Shown here in pieces: positions 1-15,139 of a DNA stretch of 64,000 nt; the stretch's first letter is position 1, and each line of letters starts with the position of its first letter. The DNA comes from Laetmonice hystrix (Eukaryota), in contig OZ249441.1 in the NCBI GenBank assembly GCA_965235115.1, forward strand, positions 12,152,001 through 12,216,000, in the 5' to 3' direction. The position numbers were made by a program, and so were the translations under genes. Below the pieces are notes generated by a model. The model did no database searches and was not told the DNA's origin. It was given only the letters and a program-made list of their open reading frames with translations.

Positions 1-2846
1 ACCACGCTACACCCCGCGCCTCCACGGCAGACGGCAAGATTACAGTCAACTCAGACAATGAGAAAAACAACTATTGTATTCATGACAAAAATGTTATCAC
101 TTTTCAGTTCAATTACCTGCTCTCAGATCAATAATATTACGCTGGCGTAATGGGCTGATTAATTGAAGGTAAGAGAGACCATGTCATGGAGTAGTGACAG
201 CTTCCGTCATCCCCGGGTCATCCTCCATATAGATATCCCACATCTATTCAGACACCCCCCCCCCCCCCCTGCCACGGTATCCTTGGCTGTCCTACAGCAT
301 ACCATGTCTCGTCCAACAAACACAGACAGTCAATGCCATCTCCTTCCTGACGATACAATTCCATCTCACACCTAATTCCAATGAAAATATTACTTTTATG
401 GAATAAAATACTACCAGACTAAAATGAAACTTCTCCATGTCTCCATGTACATGTATTAAGTGTGTCTGTATAAACCTGCTAGTCTATAACCAGACCGACA
501 GACTATATGTACATGTACATAAATTGTTTCCTTTTCGTGAATACAGATATATCTGACGACCCAAACTTTCTAATAAACTTTACACAAGACAGTATCCATG
601 ACAAGTCCTACACACAACGTTAAAATATTTTTCTTGACTTGGAATACACTAATAATTCATATGCTTTAGAAGTTGGCTTCCCCAACAATACGATTACCGA
701 TATATGAATAAGCCATGAGACATTTCTGTGTACATGTACAGTGAGATGAACAAATTGCCTCGCCTCACTCGACATCTGAGGGCTTACCGTGGATCCCTTG
801 TATGGTCCTATAGAATCTACGGTGTGGGCATTGACTGGGGCTGCCCTGATCCAGACAGTAAGCAAAGACATGGGTAAGGATTCTGTCACGTCGGTAAGGG
901 GCTCACCATGTGAGGCAGCAAGCTCAACTAGACGGATAAATCACCCATCAAAAGTCACCTATGCCAATTAATAAACCATCAAAAGCGCTCTGGGTACTCT
1001 ATTGCCATAGCAACCACATCCTCGTATTAAGATGGACTTCGTGTTGAAAATAAATTGCAATAAAATTCATCCTTTCAGCGTTGTCATCAATTTTTTTAAA
1101 TCTATCATTTTAGGGTGAAAGTAATTGTGTTTATGGCAGAGGTTATTGGGAAAAACATTGTTAACTGGGAAAAAAAACACACAAAAGCATGAGGGATGCG
1201 GGTTCTTGTATAAAACTGCTTCGGGCTTACGTGTGTAAGCACATGCATCTGTAAGATAACTTATCTGTCACAAATCCCACCTCGCTTGAGTGAAGCTCTT
1301 AGTCAGCCAGCCAATACCTAATCTACCCCCCACCCTAGCCGTCCCAGTGTGCTACCTGTCGTCTCTCCCGGGGGTACCTGGGGGTGGTCTACGGGGCACA
1401 GCGAGAGTTCGTCCCGTTACTGACATCAAATATTACTGCCTTTTGATGGTTGCCGGCAATGGTGGCCGTACAGGGCACTTTGATGATGATGGTGCTCACC
1501 CGTATGACCTGGATGTGACGTCAGGTTAGCTCAGCTTGGACACATATATATACTCCAGAGGTTGGTCCTTTGATTTCCGAAATGTTCCTTGAAAGGAAGA
1601 AAATGGAAAGGCGGAAGAGCGACAGGAACTCTTTGTATATAGCGTTAAATGAATCATTTGAAGAGGGGAGTAACATCTCTTCACCCGAGAAAATTCAGGA
1701 CCAGGAGGTTAAATCAAAACCACACGTGATTGTGTTGGTAAAGATGTGCGTGGGGACGGGTGGGGTTACTAGTCTCTAAGCAACATAAAAACTTGTAAGC
1801 CCCCTGTAGACGGTGAAAAACATGAGACGCGCGGCCTTCAGGGAGACTGACACGGATGGAGCCAGCATCAAAGACCTGGATCACTTCCAGCTTCACCTCC
1901 TCCTCCACTGGAGAGAAAAAAAACATGCCTTGAACATGGAAATCCACTTTGAGAGGGTAAATATTGTACAGATGATACATTCAGTAAGGTTCATGTATGC
2001 GGGTTAGATGAAACCAGCCACTGTTTATCGTGATTCTTCACTGCCAGATTCTCTACAAGATTACAGAGAGAAAACCTCAATTAGTACAATACTGACGGCT
2101 TTTACTGTGCCGTCATTTGATCTCCATAGCAATAGGACGATTAGTGTATGGAGTGGGGCATTAGGGAGTACTCATTGGTATTAGTATTGAGAAATACAAA
2201 TTACCAGGAAATTGTGGGCATGATCTGTTTAATGTGTAGATGTTGGTCTTTATAAACCCGCAGGGTGATTCTGATTAAAAGTACTCGAGTGGAAACACGC
2301 AGCATCATGTAGACGTAATGGGGATGGTTGCTGCGTGTCTGCCTCACAGAGGGCCGGGGCCTCATTCTTTACACCTGTGAAATATCGAAACTTACAGAAA
2401 ACCTGAAACAACATATATACCTTTCTCAATCTCTCATTAAGAAAAAAACAGTTTCCACGTCTTATGAAAGCTTAATACACGCTCTAAATGGAGGTACACT
2501 GACTCTAAGCTGTGATGCGATATCTGTGGACATATACAAAAGACCTCCATGTGTCCCTGTATCCCTGTAATCCACAATTAGAGTATCATCGATGAGCCGC
2601 GGGTAATGGTGAAATTATTGCAGCTAATACTAACTGCAACCATGTATACTGTAGTAGGTATACTCCGACCAAACTACTCATCACCCAAACTCAGCTACAC
2701 GTCCGGTGGACCTCAGTCACCTTAATAAGCGACGCCCGACTTCAGGGACAACAGTGTAGGCATATGTCAGAGCTTACACCCTTCAGCCGCTGACTGTGAC
2801 TCCCCCACTCCACCCCACCCCGCCCACCCACCGTACATCCTGGCTA

Positions 2847-2847
<1 letters not shown>

Positions 2848-2895
<48 letters not shown>
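2848..2895. repeat. (TGC)16 / (CAG)n trinucleotide microsatellite
   Basis: 16 uninterrupted TGC units. Confidence 0.97.
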
Positions 2896-2896
<1 letters not shown>

Positions 2897-5800
2897 GGCA
2901 GAATGTTGATGTGCTGACGGTGTACACAAACCGCTCTGTTCTATATGTCATTATGGTATGTCTCCCGTTTCACATTTTTTCACAGGTACCACAGTGAACA
3001 ACATACAAATCCTAAAAGGTTTTTTCCCCTACGTATTTTCGTGCCGTTGCCTCCAAATACTTACAAGAACAGCGTCACCAGAAAATTAAGCTGAGGACCT
3101 GTTGCCATCAGTAATTACCAGAAGACAGTAGACACTACGGCATCTCTGATAGCTTGTTTAGGATGCCTTCAGACTGTCGTTTGAAGGCTACACACTTTGC
3201 TTTGACGAAACATCAAAGTTTATCTTTTTTCCACAGAAATATTCTTTTCCACAGAAGGAGAGATAGCAGATGAAGTTCGAGGGGGTTCGACGTCGTTTAG
3301 GACGATAAACGAGGCTGCTGCGGCCTGCCGTGCTGTTGGTGCACGTGGTGCAGGTTTGTGTCTGGTATTTGTCCAGTCAGCAGGTCGAACATCTGAACCT
3401 CACGACTGGGGCAGACTTTACTCCGCCGTCCTAGGTCAGTCTGAATGACCTCCCTGACAACAACTGGTCTCCGTCCCACCACCAGCCGGCCTGTGGTACG
3501 ACACGAGCCACCTCATCCTACATGATCCATGGGCTCCGTCAGCCTAGACAGACATCAATTATCAGTCGTCGACCTGACCAACTTACAACCGTAAATACAA
3601 ATAATATACCTGCTTGATTAATATCTGTAGACCTGGATATGAATCATGACTGAAGTATGCCTCCTTACGATATACTCGGTCCGTTCACGCTACAAGCCAT
3701 TACTGAGGACTTGAGGTGCTACTTTCCGGGTCAGGAGATCTTTTCTATGTGATTGTTTATTCGCGCCTTTTTTACTCCACACTCACCCTGAGGGTGAGGA
3801 AGTGTTGGGGTGAGTCAGCCAGAGAAACACGCTGAAGGTATATTTATATACACGCAGAAGCTAAAACTCTATATGCCAGGAAGTACTCGTTGTAGCAGTT
3901 CTCTATTCCTGCACTGGCACATGGCATCCCCACATCTGTCATCATTTCCCCTTCTGCTGTTTGTCACACTTGACCTCTGACCCTGACCTTGGAGCATCCT
4001 TCCAGGGTCGGTGGCACCATCCTGTGTACGAGGCCCTTTCTGCCTTGGAGTGATGGGGCTTGTTTCCCCCAGGGCTCCGGCGTTGCTGAATGTCAACAGA
4101 ACATTATGGTGTTGCCTCACCAAGTGCCATAGCTGTTTCTCTTCCTGTAACACACCGGGGGGAAAATCTCCTACTCTCTTTATATCTCTGTCACTGCTGT
4201 CAGCAATGTCTTCCTCGCTGCAAGGACTCGCTTCCTTCACTCAGTGGTAAATTGTCGTCCATTCACTATAGGTTTAAAGATTTCTGATTCAGACTGTAAG
4301 AAAGGACCTTCCAGTTCATTATTTACGGCCAGCTCAAATGTCACCATCAATTTACTACTGATGTTGTGGCCAACATCCTTTGCTTCCACAAGACACGCAA
4401 TTGTGATATATGCGAGGGAAAGGATACATTCATTTTACAACTATCGCTAACACGACCACGAAATCTAGTCCGAATTGTTGAGCAATAAATCCCCTTCCAG
4501 CCGAGCCCAACCACCCAGTTGGGCCACTGTTGCTACTTTAAAATCCCTGGTAGCTCTCTCCTTGTAAACGTCCCAGGATGATACATTCAGGTTGGAAATA
4601 TGATCTTTATAAACAGTGGGCTCATGGACGGACGGCGACCGTCCTGGGTATTTAACAAGGAGAGGCTGGCGCGCCTGGAACAGACGGTTGGAAGTTGATG
4701 GTGGAGCGGTGGGCGACTTCCGTGAAACCGACTCCAATATCACTACCGGTCTCATTGCTGGATTGGTCGACTGATGCCAACAGGCCCTGGAGACGTCACT
4801 GGTCACTGTCACTACATGGAGGTCAAGGGGGGCTCCAACGATCTGGAGGAAGCGGGCACTAACTAGACTACAGAAGACAGACTACAGCATGCACTCGTTG
4901 ACGCATCCTGTACGGCACCCCCTCCTACCTCTCTGTAGACTGGGTTGAGGACGAGTTATTCGGCCGGTAAGAGTACCAAGTGCCCTCGGTATCAAATGAA
5001 TAGAATTCAGTATTAGCACGCAACAGTCCGAACGAGAGGGTGGTCGTCTGAGGCATATATGGTATTAAAAATTCATCGGTGCCTGCAATAATTTGTACCT
5101 GAGCGGCACATTGTCGAGAAGGCTGGAAACACAATATCAGAATACACCCTGCAGTGAGATTATCAGCACAAGAGCTTCTATAATTCAATCCATCACTGCG
5201 ACATTCAAATTCCATTAAACGAGTAATAGGGTGTCACAAAAGCTGCTAAAGTCTAAACAGATAAATAGCGTTGTTCTGAAATCCTACACGAAAGGTCATA
5301 TATATAACATTTAACGTAGAGAATTTCTGTCACAAAATCGTCATGCCGATCTGTAAATGTTAAATCACAACTCTATCGAGCAGGTCACGTCTAGAGGTGG
5401 TTCATGGCGGAGCTTACAATGAAAATATCCGTGTCAGCGTTTCTATGGCTGCGTATCGTCGGACCGAGTCTCGCCACGCTGGGGGTAGACTGACTGACCT
5501 CCAGGCTCTCTGCCCTCCGCCCGCTACCCCAGCCATATGGCCAGGCATATATTAATTATCTCCAGAACTGTCACCTGCCCGTTTCTATCAACACACTTCT
5601 GCCAGTGCCCCACAATTAACAGACATTAACGGACAATTAGAGGAGGTTTACTTAATTCATTTTCAGATGCGGCGGGCGCAGCAGCGGCCCCTAGTAAATT
5701 GTGCCTCGAGGCCTTGTCCTCTGATGTGGGTGACATGAGACGTACTTCTCGTAGGGGTATCTGTAGAAATTATTCAATTATTGTTCACTGAATGTTTTCA

Positions 5801-7523
5801 CTCGTGGAAATCCTTGCTTTTCTATGGCTCCTTTAGAGCTAAATAATTTTGAATTTTTCATATGAATCACGTCTCGTGAAGGCTCCACCATTGTAATTTG
5901 ACCAAAAGAAAGTATATTAAATCCCGGTTTGAAAAAACAATACCTCACATTACGAATTATATTCTTATCTTATCCAATCGGCATCAACTCATACAAATGG
6001 AGAATTAATCAAACGTAAAGTCTTTCTCCGTGCACTTCAAACTACAGTCTTCAGCTACCGGTTCAGTTCGACTTCTTTTCTACAGTTAAGAAGCCATTTT
6101 CAACCCCAGAAATTAACAGCTGCTGTTGAAGTTAACAGCTGTCTATCAGGACTGCGTCCCCGTGGGAGGCATCACTGCTTACAGAATAGTGATCTTGTCA
6201 CCTCTCTGTTTATATTTAATTGTCAGTTAACTATAAACAACGGTTTCATGGATTTAATTTTGATACAGGGCTTGCCTCTTCCATTTGTTTAGAGCATTAC
6301 GTAAGGATATCATCTGGCACATCATTCCCATAATTACCGGTAATATCCCCGACATGTATGGCATACTTAATCCACTCGAGGAGGAAATAGCCAATGCAAT
6401 CAGTGCTGCGCTGTGCAGTCGTCAGCCTACTGGTTCGATATAGTATCTCCCAAACAATACAATGCTGAGTAGGTGGAAATGTTTCCAGGATTAATCATAT
6501 AGAAGCATACTGTGCACTGAGGCAATGGGAAGATCTGTGATCATGAATGACATTTTGTCTGCTTAATGGGTTCATACACGAGGCAGGTTTACATCGACTG
6601 TGTCGGATTTATGAAAGCTGTTGAGTCTTATATTATAAATAATATCAGGAATTAGGAAGCCGCCAAGTACGGCTTGTCCTTTCTAAATCTACTCATAACC
6701 CGCGACGAAAACAGGAGGTTGTTGATGGACTACGTTTTTAATTTGAACGTGTTAATTTGAATTAGCGAGGATTAATATACTTATAGTGTGTATAGTGAAT
6801 GGAGTGGACATTAAACGGCTGTCAAATTGTCCATCGGCGGGTCTCGCCTCTGGTGCTCCACCTCACACATCTCTCTACCTCAGCCTCATCTGTGCCAGGA
6901 AACCAATCAAATGCCACCTTCCTGCGTGGCCTTTCCAAAACCCATCACGCCCAGGATGTCCAGCTGCTTCACTAATTGGCCTCCGTTTGAGTGGCCAGTT
7001 GCCAGCCTTGACCAGAAGTGACCACCACTGCTGATAGGCCCAGACCGGCAGGCCCATATGTCTCAAGGAGCCAGGGCCTGGAGTAGAACCCCCCACGTCG
7101 GTACAGACGCCCTCCATGCTACATTCATGTACAGTAAACATTGGGGGATTCCAATTGAAACATGATAGAGAGCGGTGGTCAGGACCACCCAGGCATTCTG
7201 CGTCCCTGAAAGGGTCCCTGGTCGTTACAGCCAGAGCCCTTCGGCTCCTACCAATTGCCTCAACAAGAGCGACGTAACCGTAGAGGCACTGCAATGTTTA
7301 TCTAAAGGACACCACTTTGACCAAGGAGTATCAATTTTCTTGAGAGAAAATGGCCGCTTACCAAATTACTGCCAATCACTTTGGCATGGCGAACACCCCA
7401 GAGTCACTTTGTGGAGTCATTCACTTACTTATGTTCCCCGGGGACTATTGCTAGTCACCAAACGTAGAATAGAAAATGAAACCCTTGAAATACGTCGTTG
7501 TTTTCAAGTCCGTCCGAAAAAAG

Positions 7524-8033
7524 GATTACCGTACGTTTGGATACGGCCAGTTCGTTATGATAAAGTCAGTCATAGATTACCGTACGTTTGGATACGGCCA
7601 GTTCGTTATGATAAAGTCAGTCATATATTACCGTACGTTTGGATACGGCCAGTTCGTTATGATAAAGTCAGTCATAGATTACCGTACGTTTGGATACGGC
7701 CAGTTCGTTATGATAAAGTCAGTCATAGATTACCGTACGTTTGGATACGGCCAGTTCGTTATGATAAGGTCAGTCATAGATTACCGTACGTTTGGATACG
7801 GCCAGTTCGTTATAATAAAGTCAGTCATAGATTACCGTACGTTTGGATACGGCCAGTTCGTTATGATAAAGTCAGTCATAGATTACCGTACGTTTGGATA
7901 CGGCCAGTTCGTTATAATAAAGTCAGTCATAGATTACCGTACGTTTGGATACGGCCAGTTCGTTATGATAAAGTCAGTCATAGATTACCGTACGTTTGGA
8001 TACGGCCAGTTCGTTATGATAAAGTCAGTCATA
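7524..8033. repeat. 51-bp minisatellite, 10 copies
   Basis: Unit TTACCGTACGTTTGGATACGGCCAGTTCGTTATGATAAAGTCAGTCATAGA starts at 7526 and recurs every 51 nt to 7985. Copies are nearly identical. This explains ORFs 7175-8038 and 7476-8048. Confidence 0.97.
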
Positions 8034-11000
8034 CATAACACTGATTAATTTGTATTAGACTTTTCGATGAAAAGTAAAAACTATCAGCAATTCCGACCTC
8101 ATGCAATGTTTAACTATAAATGCCAATTTGATTACATCGCTAGCTGAATACGGCTCCCAGTAGAGCATACCTGTAATTACAAGCCGCAATTAGCAAACTT
8201 TAAATGGTCATAAACCACCATTATTTCTGGACTCTTTTGGAGTAATTATAGATCCAAGATAAGAATCTAACTGGTTCAAAAAACCTTATTCTCGTTTAAT
8301 CCACCAACATGTTTTAATATGGAGAGTTTAGACGTGAACGTCCAGTCACTATGACTGACGTCGATGGTAGAGCCGTACAGCATCCCAGTCAACACTGGCC
8401 TTTATGACACAGTCCCTCACCTCTGAACATGTTTAGGCTGACGACAGATAAATCAAACAATGTACTTCACTTTAAATCTCTACTTCATTAATAAACTAGA
8501 AATCCTCTCATATACGTACATGTACTTCACTCTTCATGCAACCGTTTTGAGATGTCCCTTTTGGGGAAGAGTTATTTGGACAGTTTCGCAATGGGATAAT
8601 GAAAGGACCTCTATATTCTATCTCAATAGAAATATATCACCTATGTTGGTGATATACTGGTTTACCTACAATAACCGTTGTGAGGCTCGTCCCTTTAATT
8701 GATAGCTTTATAATTGACAGCGCCAGTATGTCTTCCCGGCGTGTCCCTGAATGTAAACACAGGTGAACCACCTGTGCGTGAGCCTGGTGACATCAACTGT
8801 CCTGTCCCTACAACATGAAGGATGGCAATCGTTAACATTCCCTGCCATTGTTGTCAGACAGACTAAAGTCGTCACCGCTGTGAATGGATTCACTTACCAA
8901 TTCAATTATTCTAACCCCGGCGGCGGCACGACCTAACTACCGGTCTTTTAGGTTCGTGCCAAATGATGTCTTTAATTTTTACGTCGTGCTCGTGTTTCTC
9001 CCTGCACGCAGCACTTTATTATATCACCTGCCCATGACATGAATATGCTTACTTTAGTCTGTCTATAATGTCACAAAAACGGTTCGAATAGCCACACATC
9101 ATGTTTTTCTCGTTGCTTTTCTTTAGTCAGGCCTATCACAAGAAAAAAAAGAGATTTATATAAATGAATATATATATAAAAGAGGGAAGACTTGGTTGTA
9201 AATCATGATGTTATTTCAGGGTAACCGTACGTCATAAATAAACCATCAGGAGCCGACGAGTATTGAAATGTCTAAGCCTCACACAAACGGCCACAGCACG
9301 GATTCCATTGAATATTCTGCTTTTTATCCTTTTCACAAAAGGGAGGGCTAATTGTTCAAACTCAAGTTTAAACCACTTTGGGAAGTTCTCAATTAACTCA
9401 AACACCAGACACATTATGTATGCTAGAACATGGAGTTCACCTGAGATAACCACTCCTCCTGGGACACACGGAGTTCGAGATAGGCGCCTCTCAGTTTATC
9501 ACCTGTAATCAATCTGCCCATGTCTTTAATTCGGCGGTAACGATAACCGTTAATTGAAACTGTCCCCTGTGATCCAGGAGGGGGAAACCGCACGCCCCCA
9601 CGACACTTCCCGCCTCCCTCGAGGGCTGGCCCAGATTGGAATTCTTCAGGTAAGTCATTAAAGGTAATTATGAAACCAGTGCAATTAGCAACGATATATC
9701 TTTGTCTTGACCCCGATTCACCGTCTGAATTTATTCAAGATACAATCTAATTACAATATGCAGAGGAAAGTTTGAATATTTCATCATGCTGATGATGAAT
9801 AAAACATCATGACATCAGTTTACAGCGTGAACAGCCCTCCTGCCTGTGGATACTGACGCCCGTAAACCTGGTCGTTATGTAGTCAGCAAGTATATACGAG
9901 AGTCCCTGACACCAAACACCGCCCCTGCATGGGATAGATAGATTGACTATCTGTCTGGGGTTTGGTTGACGGTATCATTACATCCCGTGTCTGGTTACAA
10001 AGATGAGATCACAAGATTACCAGGAAGAGTTTGCTGGCATCACGACCCTTTCTCCTTGATTATCACATCATATCGTGATAGCCACTCTGGGCACCTCTAT
10101 GAGATATATCTGAGGTCATACGGGCCCAGGTCATGGGCCTCACATAGTCGGCTTCCAATAAGTACATAATTAGGACCGTGTAGGAAAACAAAAATTTAGG
10201 CCACTGTGAAAAAAATCTAACCACTTTTCAAAGCCAAACCTTCTTGTAGGACATGAGCTGAAGAAGCTGCTCACGCATGCAGCACTGGCCGAATCGACCC
10301 AGGATATAGCCCTGGTCAATTCCCCGGGCATGCAGGAATTTTAGCTGTTGGTTCACCTGGCCCCCTGCAGAGACAAATGGCTACCCACGCCCCCTGTCCC
10401 ACTGACCCCTCTAACCCACCCTGATGCCCCCACCCTCGGTATTGTGCCCCATTGATGAATTGCACCCTATGGATCTGGTCAGGTCCAACTGTGTTCCTAT
10501 TATTGTGGGTTACTAAGGTGTGCCCTGAGCTAGATCTGCCTCCCCACTGTCACACCTCTCTTTGGAATATAAAACGTCGGCTGGTCCCTTGAACGACACA
10601 GAAAAGGACCATCTTTCGTTTCTGTCCAGAGAACCAATTGCTTCATTATAGACCAGCTCCTCCATAATCAATGGTTGGAATTTAAAATAGAACGCGCGTT
10701 TAATTCGCTAAAATATAGGCCTAGTCCGACCTCCGATTCCTGTGAGTCAGAAGTGCTCGCGAGAAGTTGAGGCTAGAATATAAACCAGTGCACAAGTAAC
10801 AAACGCTGCATTTAATCTGCTTTTAAACTAAAACAACATGACCTTAGGGCTTATACTTCACTTTTAATAACACCACCAACAATTCTCTGACTGACTCCTA
10901 ATTCTACAACGTACTACTCAAATCTACTGACACAGCTTTAGATCAAAAAGTCACAAAGGTTTCTTAGAAGTGTGCAAAAATTCAGTCTAAAAAAGCTGTA

Positions 11001-11560
11001 GTAGCCTTCATAAAGAAGCAGGACTGACATTTCCATCTTTCATGTGGACCCTGAGCGTCTTTTTCATTAGTCTCTAAACAGGGTCAAGGTCATGACCCTG
11101 AACAAGACATAGACAATTTCAATTACACGTCGCCAGGACGACGGGCCTCGGGAGCCTGAGCATCCAGCGACCTAACCGAACCTGACAAGGGCCTTCCTTC
11201 GCCTCCTTCCCCCGGCCTTATTACAGTCCATGGCTAACAGGAGCCGGCCGTGGTGGGCCATTCTCCACGTGGACCTCTAATGATGCCGCTACAAGCCAAG
11301 AGGCCCAGAAGGTCTGTCTTTGAGACAGACACAAAGATGGCCCCACAAGTAATCAGGTTTGGCTAGCTCTGAGACTGCCTGGCCTGTGTAGCATCGTTAT
11401 GGAGCAGCCCGGACGTCATTGTGCATGTGTGTACGGGGCTCAGTGTGTGTATGATCAGTGGCTTCAATGGGACGTGAAGAGGACGCAAGTGTCACCCGAG
11501 GGCCGTATACGGTTGACACGGTCAAAATGCCATTGGTAATCGGTGAGCAACGCTCCCGCT

Positions 11561-11632
11561 GGCTGGCTGCTGGCCTCGTGGGCTGGCTGCTGGCCTCGCG
11601 GGCTGGCTGCTGGCCTCGCGGGCCTGCTGGCC
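11561..11632. repeat. 20-bp GC-rich tandem repeat, about 3.5 copies
   Basis: GGCTGGCTGCTGGCCTCG(T/C)G at 11561, 11581 and 11601, plus a partial copy. Confidence 0.9.
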
Positions 11633-14600
11633 TGCATGCTTGTGTGGCAGTTGGCTGGTTGACCAGCACGGTTACTATCTGGTACCTGCTTCACCATGTA
11701 TCTATCATCGATTAGATCATAATACATAGTATCAACTTATAGTATCAAGCATCAAGTACGAAAGGAACAATTTCAAGTTACAATTTGGACTTTTCAAAGC
11801 ATAAATAGTCATACCCCAGGAGGATTTTCTCTACCTGTTTTTTTGCTACAGGGAACATATGTTTCAAACAAAAAGACACGATTTTTGTTAAGACATAACT
11901 AACAAACAACCAGCAGCACGAAGGTGAAATATTGCCGGGCAAACGCTGCCTCAGTACGAATGTTGTGAAAGGAGCGAAAAGGCAAATGTTTTCGTCCTGA
12001 CTGCAGGGAACCAGGTGCCAGTAGCCGTACATTTCACACTGAAGTCGTGATCAACCGACACCTTTTGCTTTGTAGTGCCGTCATCACCAAATTCTAATTA
12101 CGTCAGCTTACTGCTTCTAGCTCTGATAAAACCTCATCTCATTACACGTTTTTGCAATATGCAGTCGGTTTCGTTTTACATGTGTTCCTTTGAAATGCTT
12201 TTTTCATGGTCCACAGGAAAAAAAACACTTGGTCAATTAAACTGAGTACTAGAATAGACCAATGCTAAAATGTGATGTTCAGATATTAGAGTGAAAATAT
12301 TGTCCTGATTTTCCGACCCCATTTCCGAGTCGAAAAGATAAACTATCAGTTCTCTGGCATATTCTGTGTCTCTGTATCTGATCTCTATCTCTCTATCTAC
12401 ATACCTTTTTCTGTCTATAACATCAGGCATCCCAATCACTCCACAAGCAACACATGAATAACGATTTACCATCAGACATCGGCTTTGATCCGGACGAATC
12501 ACCAGTAAATTACAGCACTAAATGCCAAAGATGGCCAGCCTCTTCATATGTCAGGCGGGGCGTGATCCGGCGTTCTGTGGGACCTATGAGGGGGGTGTCT
12601 GGTGAGGGACCAGGCGCGGACCGACCACGGCAACCCGGGGCGCTGGACGCCTGGCCCACACTGGCGCCCTCACACTGAGAGTGGTCGAGTCAGGAGAAAC
12701 ACTACTCCTCATTATCACCGGAATTATAAGCTTTACTTCCAGGTTTGTCTTCTCTTATCTCTGGCCGCCTGACAGGGGTATTCATCCTGCCCTGTACCCC
12801 ATCACCTCATCCCTCCTGTCTGTGGGAGGATGGGGAGAGGGGAGCGGTAACCAGTGCGGCCAGTCCGCTCGCACCCCGACCCATGCCTGTACCCCGCCGG
12901 CCGGCCGGCCTTACACACCCGGCTCCCGGGGGAGTAATTGGGCAGACACGAGCCTGGTGGCCTGCTGCTCCTCTCCGTGTTTGTTACAAACCACACCCCC
13001 GCCCTGCAACTGTCCAGCGGCCACCATTCACCTTCGTTTAACCTACAGCTTCAATTGCTTCTGAAGGCCTTGGATAAGAGCTATCTAAATGTTGCTTCTT
13101 GTCAAGAGTAGCATCAAACGCCCAAATGGGCAAAAGGACCATCCATCACTTACTGGAGCAACTCATCCGGGATGACCCCAGACGATGGGGTACGATTGAT
13201 AATGATGCTGACCCACTCCTCCAGTAAACATCCACTGACACGACACTCTTTCGTGTTATTTAATTCATTTTCCTCATAATGAAGCTGCGGGTACATGGGT
13301 AAACTCATTAACTTCTTATTAGTATGGGCACACAATACCACTTCTTGTACACACTAGCCGTACAGCTGACTAAAAGCGCATGATTACCATTCAGTGCCAA
13401 CCTTCTGTCTTATCTATCTACAGAACGGGCACTAGCTGCCTGTAAACGTCCAAACGTTGCTGACTTACAGTGCAGTACGAACCACTTTCAGGTCAAAGCT
13501 CTCCAGATAAAAGTTCAAACGGAACAAGTTCTCTTCACACTACCACTAGCTAGGGTAAACACACAACTGAGATCGACATACCATCCATTCTCCCTCCCGG
13601 GGGGTGGGGGTGAGGGAAGGGTAGGGGTGGGGGCTTACACTGTGAGCTGTATAATTCTATTAAATCACTTACCAGTTCAGGACTATCAACCTCTGAATCT
13701 ATAGAAACTGAATTTTAACGCTGAATAATGTAGTGATATATTATATTTTCACCCCAGGTTTTATTATATGTGTTAGGTTAGCGTTACTTTTACCGATTCA
13801 ACTGTACTCAGTATCACCAGGGAAGACCAGAGTTCTGCCTCCTTTTTCACACAATATATTATTATAGTACTTGTTGGTGTGATTTCATGGCTTTGAGGGT
13901 GAATCAGACAAATTAATGATCAGGGAAACTGGTGCCTGGCAGAGAATGGGATGGTTGCCAGTTGGTACCATTCAAAATCAGGTCAGTGGTTGCTAATTAA
14001 GATCTTCATTCAATGAAAATATTTCGAATGATTCTAATAGCACACCTGTCAAAGCCAGGCACACCTGGATACCAGTTACTTAACGTCACCAAGGATGCTG
14101 TTTCCAGGGTACCTACCGCTTGTAGAGATAACTTCTACAGAACAAAAAACTTTACTTTTTCAATCGTAATTACACGGGAACACTAAATCTTCAGCGCTGG
14201 TGTACATTTTTAGCAAAATGTCACAGATCCCCTAGAAAGTCATGTTGTACTAATAAATGCCTTGTCTGGAGAACATCCTGTTTTACCTCACGGTGTATGT
14301 CGTATATTTGTTTGTCTCAAGCACACAATGTAGAAAGGCCTGGCAGTTTGGTAACTCATAATTAATCCATTCATATTTTGTCATTCAGTCATTACCAAAA
14401 CCGATTTTCACATTCAATTAAAAACGTGGAGTACCATTAATTAAAGAAGATCTATGAATATACCAGAGCACCTATATTAGCCATATATTGCCAAGACTGG
14501 CCTCAAGTCCCCGCAAGTCCCCTGAATGCCCAATAGGCCTCTCCCTAAACTTCCACTCCAATGTACAGTGAGGTCCATTAACCCATTTTAATCTGACTAC

Positions 14601-14799
14601 AGGTGCTGGTTGATTATAATTTATTAATTATTACCAGCATCAGGAAAGAACTTCCGTGATGTTGGTTTTCCATGATATAGGCCTACCCTGATCATCCACC
14701 CCCTTTATATAACGGTTACTAGGGCTACAGTATCACTCTCATGTACATGTCAGACTTCTAGGGATTCATGCTCTATTTCTGGCTCACTTCAACTATTAA

Positions 14800-15139
14800 A
14801 GGTGCTATTCGTCTCGCACAGAATGGCATTTCTCCTATCATACATTGTGCACATAGTACTAGAAACAATTCCTACCGATACCATTGGCCTGATAAACCTT
14901 TTATTAGTTTGTGTGCAGCATTTGAAACCTATCTCGGTGCGCACCGAGATAGAGCCATTTCCTATGGTGGGGCGTGTCAGGGTCTCCACAGGCCTTCGGA
15001 GAGAGCCCCATTTGTGCCGTTATCCATGAAAAAGTTTGATTTCCTTTGTCGTGAATCTATTTCCATGATAGGTGGGATCACATAAACGTCAACAAAATTA
15101 AAAATAAAAAAATTGAATTTTTGTTCACGAATAGCACCT
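14800..15139. mobile_element. Kolobok-like non-autonomous DNA transposon, 340 bp
   Basis: TTAA|AGGTGCTATTCGT ... ACGAATAGCACCT|TTAA: 13-bp perfect TIR and TTAA duplication at 14796-14799 and 15140-15143. Purine-purine (AG) termini with a TTAA target fit Kolobok rather than piggyBac (CC termini). Confidence 0.75.

Noticed and set aside
3787-3831. 45-nt candidate micro-exon (ccttcag|...AGG|gtgagt) with a short palindrome
   Set aside because: Splice sites are plausible, but there is no homology and no neighbouring exon to connect it to.
3869-4812. Minus-strand ORFs of 123 aa and 115 aa
   Set aside because: Non-ATG starts, no clear splice signals, no recognisable domain.
7524-8033. CRISPR-like array
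   Set aside because: Units are contiguous and near-identical with no unique spacers, there are no cas genes, and the context is eukaryotic.
7175-8048. 287-aa and 190-aa repeat-protein ORFs
   Set aside because: Produced by the 51-bp minisatellite. No convincing start or splice context; the 287-aa ORF begins at a GTG.
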